From Lama glama (Eukaryota), in contig CM052828.1 of NCBI GenBank assembly GCA_028534125.1, positions 1,922,001-1,986,000 on the forward strand: a stretch of 64,000 bases of DNA, in the 5' to 3' direction. This document shows, piece by piece, positions 12,501-27,065 of this stretch; position 1 is the stretch's first letter; each line of letters starts with the position of its first letter. The translations under genes were made by a program, and so were the position numbers. A model generated the notes under the pieces. It ran no database searches and was not told where the DNA came from. It saw nothing but the letters and a program-made list of their open reading frames with translations.

Positions 12501-14597
12501 TGTTAATACTCATTTTTATTCATTTATCACCAACTACATGCTGAATCTTTCACATCCACTAGCATATTTAATTCCCAGGTAAATCAACAAAGGAGACATT
12601 ATCATCTGTAATTATAACTCAGGATTCAGGACCAAGAGAGGGTAAGGAATATGTCTAAGGTTTCCCTGCAAATGCCAAGAGTTAACATTGGAACCCAGGT
12701 TCTATACAATTTCCTTATTCGGTGCTGCTCCCCGGAATTGAAGTATAGGGGAAACACTTCGCTTAAGATTCTAAAAATCTCGCACAGTCAGCATGCCTCA
12801 GGGCTAACTGTGCCCTGAATTCTCTCCTAAGAGCTAATCATGATCTTGTATTTTCAAGCAAGGGGCAATTTTATGGTTTGGCTGGAAGCAGGCATCACAT
12901 GCTGGAAAAAGCTTTTGAATGAATATGATAAATATATAAGCGTGAATTACAGAATAGAGATGTAGACATTCAGCAAAGAGGGTGAGATTTTACAGTTTAC
13001 TGCTTCTGCTCAGTCAATTGTAGCCAATTGTGTTACTTGGTTAAAAATTCACTCCCCTCTGTTTAGCTGCGGAGGGATGTCTCAGATGGAATCTTTAGAC
13101 CCTAATTGGATTAAACTCCCATCCTCTGGTCAGAAGTATTTGAGAAATGAGCCTATTTATAAAAAATAAAAGGAATCTTTCTTCTTTTGTCATATTTTAT
13201 TTTTAATATTTCTTGTTTACAGTCATTAAAGATTTTTTTAAATTAAGAAAAAGTTCTTTTTTATCCCATTTCTAAATATCTGGGCTTGGAGTGATATTGT
13301 CAGTGACCAGTTCACCAGATGATCACTGTTTTATTTTTGTGCAAAGCCAATGCCAAAATAACTTGAAAATACGAATCATAGAAACCATGTCCACAAAATT
13401 ACAGATCTGTGAGCTTGTGAAAAATAATGTTCGGTGTTTTTCTTTGCTTTATATGAAAAGGGGAGCATGCTACCGTCTTCCTCACACAGGAGGTTTATGG
13501 ATGGCTTCACGCATGTGCCGTTTGGAGAACAATTTTAGCAGTTGGCAGGCAGCCACTGCTGGAGAGGACACAAAGGAAATGCTGGCTAGAAATAGGTCAA
13601 GAGAGCTTTATAAGGAAAATTGGGAATGAATCCATAAAAAAAAAAAAGACTGAATTTTACATGATTACTACAATTGAAGAGATGCTTCATCTGTTAAAAT
13701 CCAACATTTTGCTCATTTCCCGAACCATTTCAAATTTTTTCTTGATAGGATTTGATTGGACAAATCAGGTAGTTATAAAATGGAAAAATAAGATGTCTGT
13801 TTACTGACTGCTGATAAAAAGAAGTATTTCTGAAGCACCAGGGACAATTTTTAAATAGAGAAAGCATATAATAATATTCAAAAGCACAAGCATTTTTTTT
13901 CAGAATTCACCCAAATCTAAATCTAAACAAACCATATGATTGTCAACTATTTCTATAATCTTTATAAATATAATGGCTAAGTAATTTACATTAAAAGTTC
14001 ATCAATTTGAAAAACTACTTAGGGCAGTTGAACGTAGTTCAGAAAACATATATTTAATGTCATTAGCAATTAAAGTCATACATGCGCCTGTCTTTTAAGC
14101 CTTTAGTCACTTTCCTGTTTTCTAAATATTTTCCATTTTTGGTTAAATAAACTAACGATATTATTGCTACAAAACAAATACTCCAGGAGAGGAAAGCTGG
14201 GCACTCTTAGCAAACCCTCTCCGTGCACATCCCTTCAGTGGAAGTGCTCAGCCCTGCTAAGCGCTTTTTGAATCCGTTCCGTCCACCTGTTCCTGCTGGT
14301 TCAGGTCCTTGCCCTCTCTTTCTCAGACCACGAGGTCAGGGTCTCCGCCATTCTTGTGGCCCCAGATTCTTTCCCCTCCAATTAATCCTTCCTACAGTCA
14401 CGAAGTTAATTTATAATGGCGTGTGACTGAGCCTCTCTCCAGCATAACAACACTCTGTACTCACGTTCAAGTCCAAAGGCTTCAAAGGCAGGCTCACCTC
14501 TCCCACCCTGTCCCCGACCCTCCCTCCTTGGTGTCCTCCCAGGGGCCTGAAGCCAGGTTCGCGTCTTTGTACTTTTTTGTGCACATTTCTCTTGATA

Positions 14598-14688
14598 CTC
14601 TTTTTTTTTTTTTTTGGTTTATTTATTTATTTTTTAATTGAAGCATAGTGGATTTACAATGTTGTGTTAGTCTCTAGTAAGAGAGAGA

Positions 14689-14720
<32 letters not shown>

Positions 14721-14730
14721 GTGTGTGTGT
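14598..14730 (-). repeat. Short L1 3'-end fragment with (GA)n(GT)n microsatellite
   Basis: T-rich tail, ttgaagcatagtggatttacaatgttgtgttag, then a GT run at 14690-14730. Confidence 0.8.
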
Positions 14731-17699
14731 AACTGGACATTCTGTTTTAAAGATGTTTAAGTGAAAATAAAGCCCTAATAACTGAGCATGGCTTAACCAG
14801 TCAACTGACTGGGCGCAGAGGTTAAGACAACTTAATCCATGGAGCATCCACACTATGAACTGAGGGAAGGGGCTAAACCTAACCTCACCCTTTGAGCAGC
14901 CTTCATTAAATAATTGTAAGTTAACTGGGTAACATTCATGGTATTTACTTTAAAAATGCAGAGTGACAGCTCCCTGCTCCAGTGCAGGAAGCAGCAGTTT
15001 TTAATAAGCTCTGATTATAGCACGACCTGCAGACTCATGGACGGTGATGCTGAGGTCCTAGGAACCTGTGAAGTGCAGATAGAAGGATGACTCTGCGAGT
15101 GTCCGCCTGTGTCAGTGGCTGTGGTCAGCGGGCACAGAAGCCGCCAGGTGCCTCTGCACTTCATACAACATGTGCAAGGCACCTGTTCTCCTTGCAGCCC
15201 TCTGTCCTCTCCTTCCGGGACTCAGCCAAAGCTTACATGTTTGCCGGGTCTCTGGTACATCAGCCTCTTGGAAGGGCACGTTTTGGCTCCACTCTTCTGC
15301 ACGCAGGTTCAAGGAACAAATTAAACAGTGTCTGAAATCTGTTTTTTTGGGACTCGGGATTCAGCCACCACTTTCTGGCAACATGAGGAAGGCCAGTTCC
15401 TGTCTTCTGGTTTTTTTCCTTTTTTGAGGGCAGCGGGGAGGAGGTAGCAACGGAATTCTAGGTCCAAATGTCAAGTCGCGAGGCTGCGCCTACTGGTGCC
15501 AGGTGTCACCATAATATGCTGTCACTTTTACACGGCTTTTGCTTTTTATATTTTGTATGATTGTTCAAGGGACTTTTTTTCCTATTCACTCTCCAAAGGC
15601 TTTTTTTGCAGAACCTATTCATTCACTCAGCCTAGGAGGAGCTGTAGGTTTCAGATAGCATTTGGCTCTGAAAAGAATCGGTGTTTTGTTTCTATGCAGT
15701 TTTTCTATGCTACTGCTATCAATCATAACAGAAATGAGGGCAATTTATATTAAAGTTTCACATATAAATTATTATTCCTACTGCGTAATTTTAAAAAATC
15801 TTGAGTCAATTTGACTCTAAGTTATCGTTTCTGTGTGATACTCCCTCCCCCATACCACGGCTCCCCAAGGAGAGTCCGTAAATGAAATCATTTAAAATCC
15901 AATTTCATGCTGGCTGATTTGACACTAATTTGATATTATTCTCAAGGAAAAGCTTCTTGTTGATTTTTCAGTGAAAGAGACCCTCCTAAGCAGAGTCTGA
16001 AGGGCAACGACTCTGATGCGCGCGACTGTTAAATGCCAGGTGTGTCTCCACTGCTGGCGCCGGCGCTCTCTGCGCTCCAGTGCTTCTGGTGCCTGCGCCG
16101 GACTCCCCCTGGCTGCAGCCCGAGCCCTCCTTCTCCCACCCTTGTTCTCTCTGCGTCAGTGTGTTACCTGAGCCCTAGACGTCCTGTCTTTTCCCGGCCC
16201 TCGGCCCTCGTGGCAGGGCCCTGGGCTAGCATCTGTGTGGGGCACTTCTTAAACGGCAGGGCGGTCCCCCAGGGAGCCCTGAGGTCTGCTGCGCCCCAGG
16301 CAGGCTCGTGTGGACTGCATCAGTGGGGCCCAAGCAGTGTTCTCCAGGTTTCTCCCCGGTTCCTCTCCTTGTATCTCGTATTTCCTGCACCTGATGGCCA
16401 TGACACTCAACAAACCCCTCCCCAAAACAGATCACGGTACATGTGGACCCAAGTCCCTGCCACAACCAAGAGGGACAAGACAGACCACTTTGCAACTGCT
16501 CATTAGGCTGGGATGGTGGTGGCAGCACTGTTCCTGGAACACTGGCTCGATGAGCAGTGCTTTGGGCTGTGGGACAGCCATCAGAGGAGGCTGCGCTCTG
16601 CGCTCGTTTCTGGAGGACAGCGCGGGGAGAACAGTGGTTGCCTTTCCCTGGGAACTCGTGTCAGGTGCTGTGCCAAGTGTCTTACGCTCACAGTCTCTGA
16701 CCCCAACTTGATTGTAGGCACTGTTTCCCCCATAATATGAAAAAAAGGAACTTATTCAAGGCTGCATGACTAGTAAATGGGATTCAAACCAAGTATGTCT
16801 GGCTCAAAGTTGCTACTGTTTCCATTACACAATTTGTTTTCTCTTACAAGAGCAGAGAGGGTGTGTGCTGAGTTTGTTTTATTTTGTTTGGATGCAGAGG
16901 TATCCAAGGAAGAGAGGTGCAGAAGACACGGAGGGGACAGGACGGGACGCATCCTCCCCTCTCTGGCCGTGCAGGAGGGACCAGTTTGGAGCCCATGAGG
17001 ACAGAAGGTGAAGGACAAGTGTTCACGAAATACTGGATGGGAGTATGTGCACGCAGCCCTGCCTCACTCCTAGGAAACAAAATCAGCACGGGCTTGAGAA
17101 GAGACCGTTCCTCTCCCCTGACGGCCCCTTCCACAGGTGGTCCCACGGGGTCCACTGCGCGCAGGGGATGAATTCTTACAGAGGCACCAGCCGCAGAGGT
17201 CTGGACAAGTCCCCTTGACCGAGAGACTCAAGCAGGAAGAATCTGAGCAAACTCGTTCCTGAGCCCCTAGGAGAGGTCACTACCCCGAGGACGCCCAGAA
17301 GTAGCCGGGGAAGAATTTAGGCAGACTGGAAGCGCATGGGGGTCAAGGTCTCACCGGGTCACGGAGACACGGGTGTAAATGTTACTTGGCCTTGCTTACA
17401 CTCACGAACCGCTGAAGCCCAGGAGGTGTGGGGTAACTGCTAGTCCTCTTGTTCCTTCTCTGGGCCCCCCCTCCCTGGCTCTGTCCCTGGGTTGCTGCCA
17501 CTAGATCCGTGGCTCCAAGCCTGAGTCCACTTGTATCCCTCATCAGAAGGCAGGCTGGCTGGCTTCCTTGGCTGCCTGCTGCCCACCTGCTCCTCCATGT
17601 CCAGGCTTAGCTTTCGTACGCTTGGACTCAGCTTATCTGCCTGCTCTCCTGAAGCCTGGACTCTGCTCTCTCACTTGAATCTTTGTTACTCCTATTATG

Positions 17700-18080
17700 G
17701 TACAACAAAACAGATAAATAAATAAACAAACATTTAGTCTTTGCCTCTAGGGCCTGGCAAAAGCTCCCCAAACTCCTGAAATCTCCTGAGTGTTAACAGT
17801 GTCTTTTGTACACCAATGAGCTAACCCGTGGCGGGGCCCGCAGACAGCCTCAGGATGGAGGGGAGTTGGTCCCTAGAGGGTTGGAACTTTCAGCCCCTTC
17901 AGCCACCAGTGGCCAATGATTTAATGAATCGCACCTGCCCAGTGAAACCTGGATGAGAACTCTGAAACAACGGCTAGGTTAAGGGAGCCTCCAGGTTGGT
18001 GGACCCACGGCGGTGCTGGGAGTGGGGTGCACTGGGGAGGGAGTGGAAGCTCCGCCCCTAAGTCAAGTCCTCCTTCCCAT
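17700..18080 (+). mobile_element. MER21-like LTR fragment
   Basis: agagggttggaactttcagcccc..ggccaatgatttaatgaatc..ggaagctccgcccc resembles the MER21 family. Confidence 0.65.
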
Positions 18081-20300
18081 GTTACCAAGCGTCAGGATAA
18101 CGCTTCCTTTAACCAGCCCTGTGAGTCTGAGCAAGTCACGTGACTTTGGTTTTCTCATCTATCAGCTCAGACACGAAGAGGGGTCGCCTTACACATCGCC
18201 GCCAGCCTGCATCAGTCCCACATACACCAAGCCCCTCTACCTAGAGCTGATTCCTTGGTGTCCTAGGGGGCAGTTTCCCCAAATCTGGTCCAGCCCTCAG
18301 TATCCTGGAACTTGCTCTTTGCACATCACGTACTGACATTCCAGAGTCTTCCTGAAGGCAATGGAAGGGAACCAGCCCCAAAGAAGCCTGCAACAAGTGA
18401 GACTGTCTGAACTTTTAGCTTAAATATTCAGATAGGAAATTCAATACTACACCTGCTTTCATTTTAGCACAACACTTTATATGGCTGATCACACAGGTCA
18501 TCTAACTTCTTTTCCCTGGATACTTCCATAAAGCCAGTGCCCTGGGAATGCAGTGGCTCTGCGCAAGCCCCACGGCTCAAAAGCGCCCCGAGAACTCAGA
18601 ATACAGCGCCCCAGAGATCAAGAAACCCACCCTAAGTCTTTTTTAGTTTTAAAAATTATCACCTTGCCCCAGGGACAAAAAGACCAAGCAATCAAGTTTT
18701 ATGTAGTTACAGTCTTAATAACACAGGTCTTAAATGTCTTAATAAAAGCGTGTTTATAAAATAATCTTAAATCAAAGCTTTGATTCTCAACCCACATACT
18801 CTGCTCTCTGTAATCATAAACACTGCTGTATCAAGTCACTGGCATTTTAGCTTTAAGTAAATTTTAAGTTCTGAGGAAATTCTAAAGCACCCAAAGCCCC
18901 TAAGGTGGAAATCTCTGCAAAGATCTTCTCAAAGTTAAGTCATACTTTGCTCTAGCTATAAATAGACTTTATTACCAGAGACCGCAAAGATGACCTAATC
19001 TGGTTTTTCAACATCAGTTGGATGCTTCCAATCAATCCTGATGGTCGAAAATGTACACTTAGTGTCAGCAGCAGGGGTTCTGTGTTATCACTGCTCTTTA
19101 AAATAAGTTCATAAATGAAATTACTTCCAACAAGGCAGCCAATCTGTAAGTTGAATGAAAATGAGTTCCCTTTTAATTTTGAAAAACATCTACTTTCAAA
19201 ACAAGGGGAAAGCACTATGTGGAAACAGTTTAGAAGGTGAAAAAAAAAAAAAGCCACAGAAATACTGTGACATAACAGTATGACGTTCCATGAGCGTCCT
19301 TCTCTCCCTAGCATTGGTGATACTGAGAAAAAGTCATCTCAGATGACTTCCTATACCACTGGAAATACAAAAAAAAAAAAATCAAATATTCCAATTCGTC
19401 AACAAAAATCAGACCCATTAAGTCGTCTCAATACCTGTGTGACTCACATATTTGAATAACAATCAGTCTCAGAATTAATCTTGATTTGTTAAGGAGCAAG
19501 TTCTATTGAAACAGTTACACTTACTTCCTAATGAATAAAATATTTCAAAAGGTAAAGAGAAAAACAAACATTGGGTTTTTTCCACGTTTCAAATTTGGAA
19601 AGCCGGACTTAGAAAGTCTTCCTGTCTGTTGCTGTCACTGGGTTCCAAGACGTGACGCCTTACCTGGTCTCTGCGGCCCTAAATTTTCAATTCTTGATGC
19701 ACTACTGGAGCACAGCAGTCAGATTCAGTGAAAGAGTATTTTGTTATATGCTTAAGAAAAAAAGAGCACAGAGAAATTTAAGGTGCATTTGTACATACAC
19801 CTTAATATTATACTTTCACAAAAATCCTCAAGCTGATAAAATATGTCCTTGTAAACTAGCAGCTAAATTGAGGAAAGAAGCAAATGTCATCTTTTATCAT
19901 CATAGTTTAAAGGAAAAGTAGAGCTCTCTCCTCCCAGCTTATTTGATGTAATTCCAAGTTATTTAATATTTTCTTAATGACCCTATGGCCGGTGAGAGGC
20001 ACCAATCTACACATGTTACGCAGGAGAAAACAGGACACATCTAACCAAGTGTCCTTCACAAGAGCCGCACCAGGAAGCAAAACCCAAAAGCATCTGGACA
20101 AATACTAGGGGTGGCTGTCAGCCCACGGCGTGAAGTGTTACCTGCACGATCCCTGTTAGACCCAGGGATCCAGGGTCGGCTCACTTCACCTCTAGAGAGC
20201 TTTCGTTTGTTTTTGCCTGCATCTGTTTCATTTGGGAAAACCCAATAAGCCTTAAAACCTCCATGCAACTTGTCGTCACTGAAAACATTAACACATTTAC

Positions 20301-20323
20301 CTATTATCCTTGGTCTCCGTCAT
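20301..20323 (-). CDS. SACS: Sacsin first coding segment (equivalent to human exon 2): MTETKDN(R)
   Basis: gtgATG ACG GAG ACC AAG GAT AAT AG|gtaaat. Matches the human METKENR N-terminus, and phase 2 joins exon 3 (AG+G = Arg). Confidence 0.9.
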
Positions 20324-20830
20324 CACTTGTCCTGGAACATGTGTCTGTGAAAACCATGAAAATATGTTTTCTTTCTTCTGAGTCTTTCCTCTGTGTTTGC
20401 CTTAAACGTGTGCTCCAGGCTCAGCTCCGCCGGGCCAGCGAAAAGGCTGTTTTCCCCTCAGTGTCCTTTCATCACCTGATGTCCAAGAGCATTGCTGTGC
20501 TCTGTGTTTCGGGTCCTTACAGTATGATCCTCCAGTCTCAAAGAGTTGCCTCCTTGGGCTCTGATCCTTCTGCTCCAACAACCCACAGACGTTCTTAAGG
20601 TAAAATGGTTTTGATTAACTAGTGGTTTTTGGCTTTTCCCCGAAGCAAAGGTAAGCTCTTTTCATCTGAGGAGCTTTGGTGTTTCTTCTTGAACATGGCG
20701 GGGAGATGCTGTAGAAGTTCTCAGGCTCCGTGTGGTCCCCCCCTCATCTCAGCAGACGTGAAATACTCCTCGGCCAGGGTCTTTCTTCTTGCTCTGGGAA
20801 CACCTGCATCTTGGCATCACTTCTGTGATC
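20324..20830 (-). other. SACS: 5' UTR part of SACS exon 2 (whole exon 20301-20830, 530 nt)
   Basis: Strong acceptor ttccttgatttttctttcag|GATCACAG at 20830. The size is close to the ~520-nt human exon 2 as I recall it. Confidence 0.75.
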
Positions 20831-23399
20831 CTGAAAGAAAAATCAAGGAAGGGTAAAGAAGGAGTAGGGGAGAGTACTCAAAGTAAGATACACTGAAAGT
20901 GCACTTCCTCAGGGGAGACAGCGTGGTTCTGAGCTCTAGGGACTTTCTAATTATAAACTGATGGCTGCACCACAGCCGGGCACCAGCCCTCCCCGCACCA
21001 GAGGCAGACACGCATGGCAACGCTACATGGCACTCTCTGTAAATAAAAACACGTCTACTTAATTTGGTTTCATGTTCTCACTCCCCACGCATTTATTCTC
21101 ATTCCTCTATTTCCCTGGCTTCTTCCCAGTGGAATATGTGCTTCACACAATGTGTCCTTTTTTCAGGAACAATATCCCCAGATTCTAGGACTTTACACAT
21201 TATAGCTGGCATTTGAAAATGAAACATCAATGTTAAACAAAAAAAAAGAAGAGAAAATGTATCCATCAGGAAGTTTTTATTTAACTAGTAATATTCTTAA
21301 TAACCACCGGTGCCTGCAACAGTCTGACGCTTTAAGAAACAAACTAGAAGAAAAAGATGACAAAGGTTCACAATGATTATCCAGAGAGATGCATGAGACT
21401 GAATTTTCTATCCACTCCTACAAATACCACGGTTATAAGTACTTTATAACTTCCAAGTTGCTGTCTTAGACATCATGGCATTTAAGAGTTCTTTGGAGCA
21501 GAGAGAACGAGAGAGGCTGAACTGCCGGGTGTGAGAGCAGGAAGGTGAGAAGTCATGCTTCAACTCGTTGGGCTAGACGCGAGGGACTGGACACGGGAAA
21601 GCCAGCTCCTGGCTTCTTATTCTGTCTTTGATCCCCAACAGTGTGTCCTTGTGGACAAAAGTAACACAGAGATACCAGTCTAAGCTACACTTAAGACACT
21701 ATAGATGCTTGGATTCTTTGAGACCCAGGGAAGAAACTCAAAACTCACTGTAAATTCATCCCCCTAGGCACTTCCTTAGTGACTTGCTGTAATAAAATTA
21801 TTCCTAAGCACCATGAGTGAGATGAATGGACCCGAACCAATTTAAAATCCTAATATTCTTTTATAGGAAATCATAGATCAAAAACTTTGATTGCCACGTG
21901 TCCAGGATTAGAATTCTAGATTTAAAGTTAAAATTTAAGAAGTCAAATTCAATTAAGGAATTATAATAGCAAGAGAATGGAAGCCTTTTGTATGATAATG
22001 AATTTTAAAACCTCTTTGATTTGAAATGTTTAGATTAAGAGAGGTTATATATAACAAAGTGGAGGATTAGGGCTGATTTCGTTTTCTGTAAAACAGGAGA
22101 ATTGGAATAAGTGTTCTAAGCTATCAGCACCCTGAAAATTCTATGATTCTAGACAAGTAGGTATGTTTTTAACTCATCATCAATTCTGAGCATTGGAATT
22201 AATCTAAATATGTGTTTTAAATGAAAAAAAAATTTGATAATGAAAATGTCATTTTTAAAGATAGCCGTAAAACGTGAATGCATTGTTGAACAGATGCAGG
22301 CTCTATGTGAATGTTTACGGTAAAACCTGAGCCTTCAGGGAAAATCTGGAAGGGGTTGTGCTCGAACCAAGATCTTGAAGGCTTTGCCAGCAGACTACAG
22401 ATTATCTGCTCAGGATGCTCGGCCTCTGTGGGAACCTTAAAGGTAAACAGGAGTATTGATCTAAGAACACTGCGCGTTCATGCTTACCGACCTCACTGAA
22501 TGAGTTTCCATCTCGAATTCCAGTTTGCTGACATCTTTTTAATGTGTATTCTGTCATCTGGGATATTAATTAATTTAATATTACCTGGTATGCTCGACAA
22601 ACTGCTAAACAGCAGTGCGCCCTGTGGCTAATTTTTGTAAGTTTCCTCCAGATGGACAAGAAGACATCGGTTACAAAGAACAGTCTTTGAGTAGTTCTTC
22701 CTGAATCACTCCGAGCTCTCATGATTGCACATCAAACGCATGCATTTCCATCGTTTCTAGCAGGATGCGATGACTTCACCCAGCATATTGTTAAAGCCAA
22801 GATGCGGTCTTTCTCCTGACCTCCGCTGAGCTGCCAGCCTATCAACCTTTCAAAGGGGGAAGGGCATCGAGGCTGTGCTCTTGAAGGACCCACTCTAGGT
22901 CCCCGTGTCCTAACAGCTCACCAATTCTCACTAGTAATCTGATCTTTAATTTTAATATCACTTCTACTGCGAACATTTAACCCATAATCTAGAATTCCAT
23001 AAACTATCGTCCTTTTCTGGACACTGGATCCTTTGTACGTATGCATGTCCCCAGGACCTGTCTTATCCTCTGATTGCTCAGAAATCACTCCCTGTGGTTG
23101 AACAACCATATACGCCAATGACCACGCACGTGGATAAAAGAAGGCAGCGTGTTACCTGGAACAGCGGTTTCCCAAGTTAAAGTTCCAAACAGTGGTCATC
23201 TAAACTGCCTCATGTCTGAGATGCAACATACCACTTTGGGGATCTTTGGCCTATTTGTGTGCCACCTGTTTGATTATTTACCTAATGTTTTTTCCTTAAA
23301 ATGACTCTCTACTTAAATAAATGGATTATAAAAGGAAACTTTCCATCCACAGTATAAATGGAAACCCAGTACCATGCTCCACAAATACAAGGTAACTCT

Positions 23400-25760
23400 A
23401 AAAATACATAAAAGGAATACAAAAGGAATCTTATAAAATTCTGGTTGAAAACAAGTGTCCATGAAAAACACTGAGTCTTTGACTTGCTCTTTCTTCATTA
23501 TAAATGGGGATCAGTAAATACATAGGACATTTATTGCCTTCAATAATTCCATTCAGAAAGAAGAAAGGCTGAAAATTAAGTAACCATTTCAAGAACTCAG
23601 AAAAAAGATAATGGGGATAAACTCAAAGAAAATAAGGTTGAGAGTAGATATTAGTGGAATAAATGAAATGGGGAAACAAAGATACAATGGAAAATATCAA
23701 CAAAACAAAAGTAGTTCTCTAAAAAGACTAATAAAATTGGCCAAGTTGTGGCAAGACTGGTCAAGATAAAAACAAGTTCAAAAAAATATTGGGATGAAAA
23801 ATGGGATGCATTAGACATTAAAAAGATCAGAGAATATTATTTTAAAATTTCAAGGTAATGAATTTTCAAATTTTGAAAATGGATAAATTCTTGGAAAAAA
23901 ATGTAAAGTACCAAACCAATTCAAGAAATAAGTCAATTCTATTAAGTAGATTCAATCACTGATATTTTTAAATCTCCCCACTGGGAAAACATTAGGCTAG
24001 ACGATTTTGCTATTGAATTGTTCCAAATGCTCAATAAACAGGTAAATCTAAAACCTACAGATTGTACCAGAGAATAGAAACAGACAATATGCCCAAATAA
24101 TTTCATCAGGCTGATAATATTCCCAAATCTAATGATCTCAACCAGCTTGGGACCATATGAGAAAGGAAAACCACTGGCCAATCTCACTCATGAACAAATA
24201 CAAATGCGAAAATTCAAAGGTCATATTAGCAAGTTGAATGTAGCATCTACAGTATAATAAAGATACTACTTTATGGCCAAATTGATTGGATTTATCAAAG
24301 GATAAAATTAAATATCTGTTAAGGACCCACCACCCCCAAAAAAGGAAAAAAAACGAAAACTATTAGTAAACAGGAAGTGAGTGGGAATGTCTGTAATGGG
24401 CAAACTTCATACTGGACTGTGTCCGTTTCTAGTAAACATCTCCCTGGAGGTGCTACCAGGATGAGGCAAAAAAGGAGGAAAGGCAGGAGGGGCAGGGGGA
24501 GAGGGGACAAAGCTGTCCCCATTCACAGGTGGAACATTCGAAAAGTGTTTCAGACAAATGAGCAGAATTAATGATAGGGTTTACCAAAGTCGCTGACAGA
24601 AGTTCAACTGCACTTCTACATAGTAGCGTGGGTTTTCTGTTCTGTTGTTTATATTGAAGTACAGTCAGTTATGACATGTCAGTTTCTGGTGTCCAGCAAG
24701 ATGTCTCAGTCATGCATATACACACATACATTCGTTTTCATATTCTTTTTCACTAAAGGGTGTTACAAGATATTGAACATGGTTCCCTGTGCTATACAGA
24801 AGAAATCTGGTTTTTAAATCTGTTTTCATATATAGTGGCTAGCATTTGCAAAGCTCAAACTCCCAAATTTATCCCTTTCCATCCCCTTTCCCCGGTAACC
24901 ATAGATTGTTTACTATGTCTGCGAGTCTGCTTCTGTGCAAACTTTTTTCTTAAAAAGGTATTTTTAAAGACAATCATTGATAATAATTGGAATAATTATA
25001 ACAAAAGAAGGTGTATAAAAATTTTAGATAGAAAATCTATACACTTGAACAAAAGACGCCCTTTTAAAAATACGTTCATAGCAGGCAGGGAGGCTCGGCA
25101 CCACCGAGACGTCAGCTTTCCTCAAACTGGTCTGTAATTCAGAGGCATTCCCTTTCAAAACAAAACCTGAGATTCTAAAAGTTTTATGGAAGAACAAAGG
25201 GACAGGAATAAAGAAAGATACTCCTTCAGAAGAATGAGGGAAAGACTTGTTTACTAAACCGCAAACTGTAATATAAAAGTGTCATAACTTAGTTAGCATG
25301 GAATCCACACAGGAACAACCAAACAGCAAAAGGCTCAGGGACAGATCCACACGTGAACACAGATGTGACACGTGACAGAGGTGTCTGCAGTGGGGAAAGC
25401 TGGGCCATTCAGAACCTTACTGGGACGAGTGCTTATCCACCTAGAAACATAAATGTTTCTGTTCCTCACGCCACACACAAGTGTCAATTCCAGATGATTA
25501 AGGGCATAAGTAAGAAAATCAAACTTTAAAGTTTTTAGAACGAAATATAACCCAATATCTCTACAACCTCAGGGTAGAGAGAACTCCTTAAACAACAAAG
25601 AGAAAGCACTAACCATAGAAGAAGAGATGGTTACATTCAAATCACATTAAAATGAAGAACTTCCATTCACCTAAAGCAAGCTACGTAAATCAGAATATAT
25701 TTGTCACAAATATAATCACTGAAGTGCTTTTGAAGATAAAAAAGGAAATAGCCTCAAAGA
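23400..25760 (+). mobile_element. Highly decayed L1 ORF2 fragments, with a younger minus-strand L1 3' end at about 24645-24935
   Basis: A-rich L1-like sequence (aatctcactcatgaacaaatacaaatgcgaaaatt). The insert tattgaagtacagtcagtt..ccctgtgctatacag is an artiodactyl-type L1 3' UTR. Confidence 0.7.
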
Positions 25761-26965
25761 AAAGTGGCCAAGAGACTAACTTGCAGATATGCTTTTGTAC
25801 GCACGATGTATTTCCATTTGAAATGCTAAACATTAAGTGTGTGTTATAAATCACGTCCCCTACATGGGATAATGTTGCAAATATGTCTGCAACATGCTGA
25901 AGAGTCTATGATGCCATCTGCTTGAAGTGGTATGTTTAACATCTTTCATCTGTGATCATACTGGCTGTCAATTAAGAGTGAGGTACAGATGGAATAATAG
26001 AGTCTATGTAATAAGGTTTTTAAAAGGAGGAAAGAAGGAAGAGAAATGGAGAGGGAAGCAGGAGAGAAGGGATTTGCCAAAAAAGGCCACCCCCTCACTG
26101 CACGGCCTCATCTTTTTGGTGCCTCCTTGAGTAGCACCCACTCCTTCTTTAAACACCAATCATGCCCTCTCTGCCCCCAGGGCAAGTGTCCAGCTCCCTA
26201 CAAAACACCCCCTGAGAGCTTAGTCCCCAAGCTTTCCAAAGTATTCCCCAGGGCTCCAAAGATCCGTAAACCCCTCCCCACAAGCATAAAGTTCTGTGTG
26301 TGGTACTTAAATAATAGTGCTACAGGGGAGCAAAATCTGCCACCCCAAACGGTGTCTCTCTGACATGAGAATTAACTTAGGCTGATTATTTTTAAGGCCC
26401 CAAAGACTCAGGACGAACCTTTGACCTTCCTGCTAGCTGCCTAAAAGTATGCAGAAGCCCTGTTCAGGGAGGATGCCATCAGCTTAGATTACTGTAGCGT
26501 GAACTGGGCGTGTGGATGGGGGGCCTGCAGAGTCTGCTACAATTCCTCTCTGTGTCCCATTGTCCCTGCCTGGTCCAGCCAACAGTTGTTCACCAAACCT
26601 TCGCTTTTCCAGCCTCTTGTAAATTGCCTTCCTCCCCTTTGAAGTCCCAAACCATTACTCTCAATATCCCCTCTTGCCTTTAGCCAAAGATGATATTTAA
26701 GGGGATGGCTTTGGCCATTTCAGTGAGTTACTCAGTTTCTGACTCTCCATATACACGTGTTGATGAAATTTTGTTTGATTTTTCTCTTCTTTTTCTTTTT
26801 TTTACTATTGTTTTATTTTGAAATAATTACAGCTTCACAGTAAGTTGAAGTACAAAGAGATTCCATGTACTGTTCACCCAGTTTCCCCCAATGAAAACTT
26901 AATAACTATCACAAAACTGAGAAATTGACATGGGTTCAATCCACAAATCTTACTCAGATTTTGCC

Positions 26966-27065
26966 NNNNNNNNNNNNNNNNNNNNNNNNNNNNNNNNNNN
27001 NNNNNNNNNNNNNNNNNNNNNNNNNNNNNNNNNNNNNNNNNNNNNNNNNNNNNNNNNNNNNNNNN
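26966..27065. other. Assembly gap (100 N, probably unsized)
   Basis: Run of N. Confidence 1.

Noticed and set aside
15175-15215. Minus-strand ..CAAGGAGAACAG|gtgcct resembling the end of human SACS exon 2
   Set aside because: No nearby in-frame ATG and a weak donor. The segment at 20301-20323 fits better, with an ATG, a good donor and a matching acceptor.
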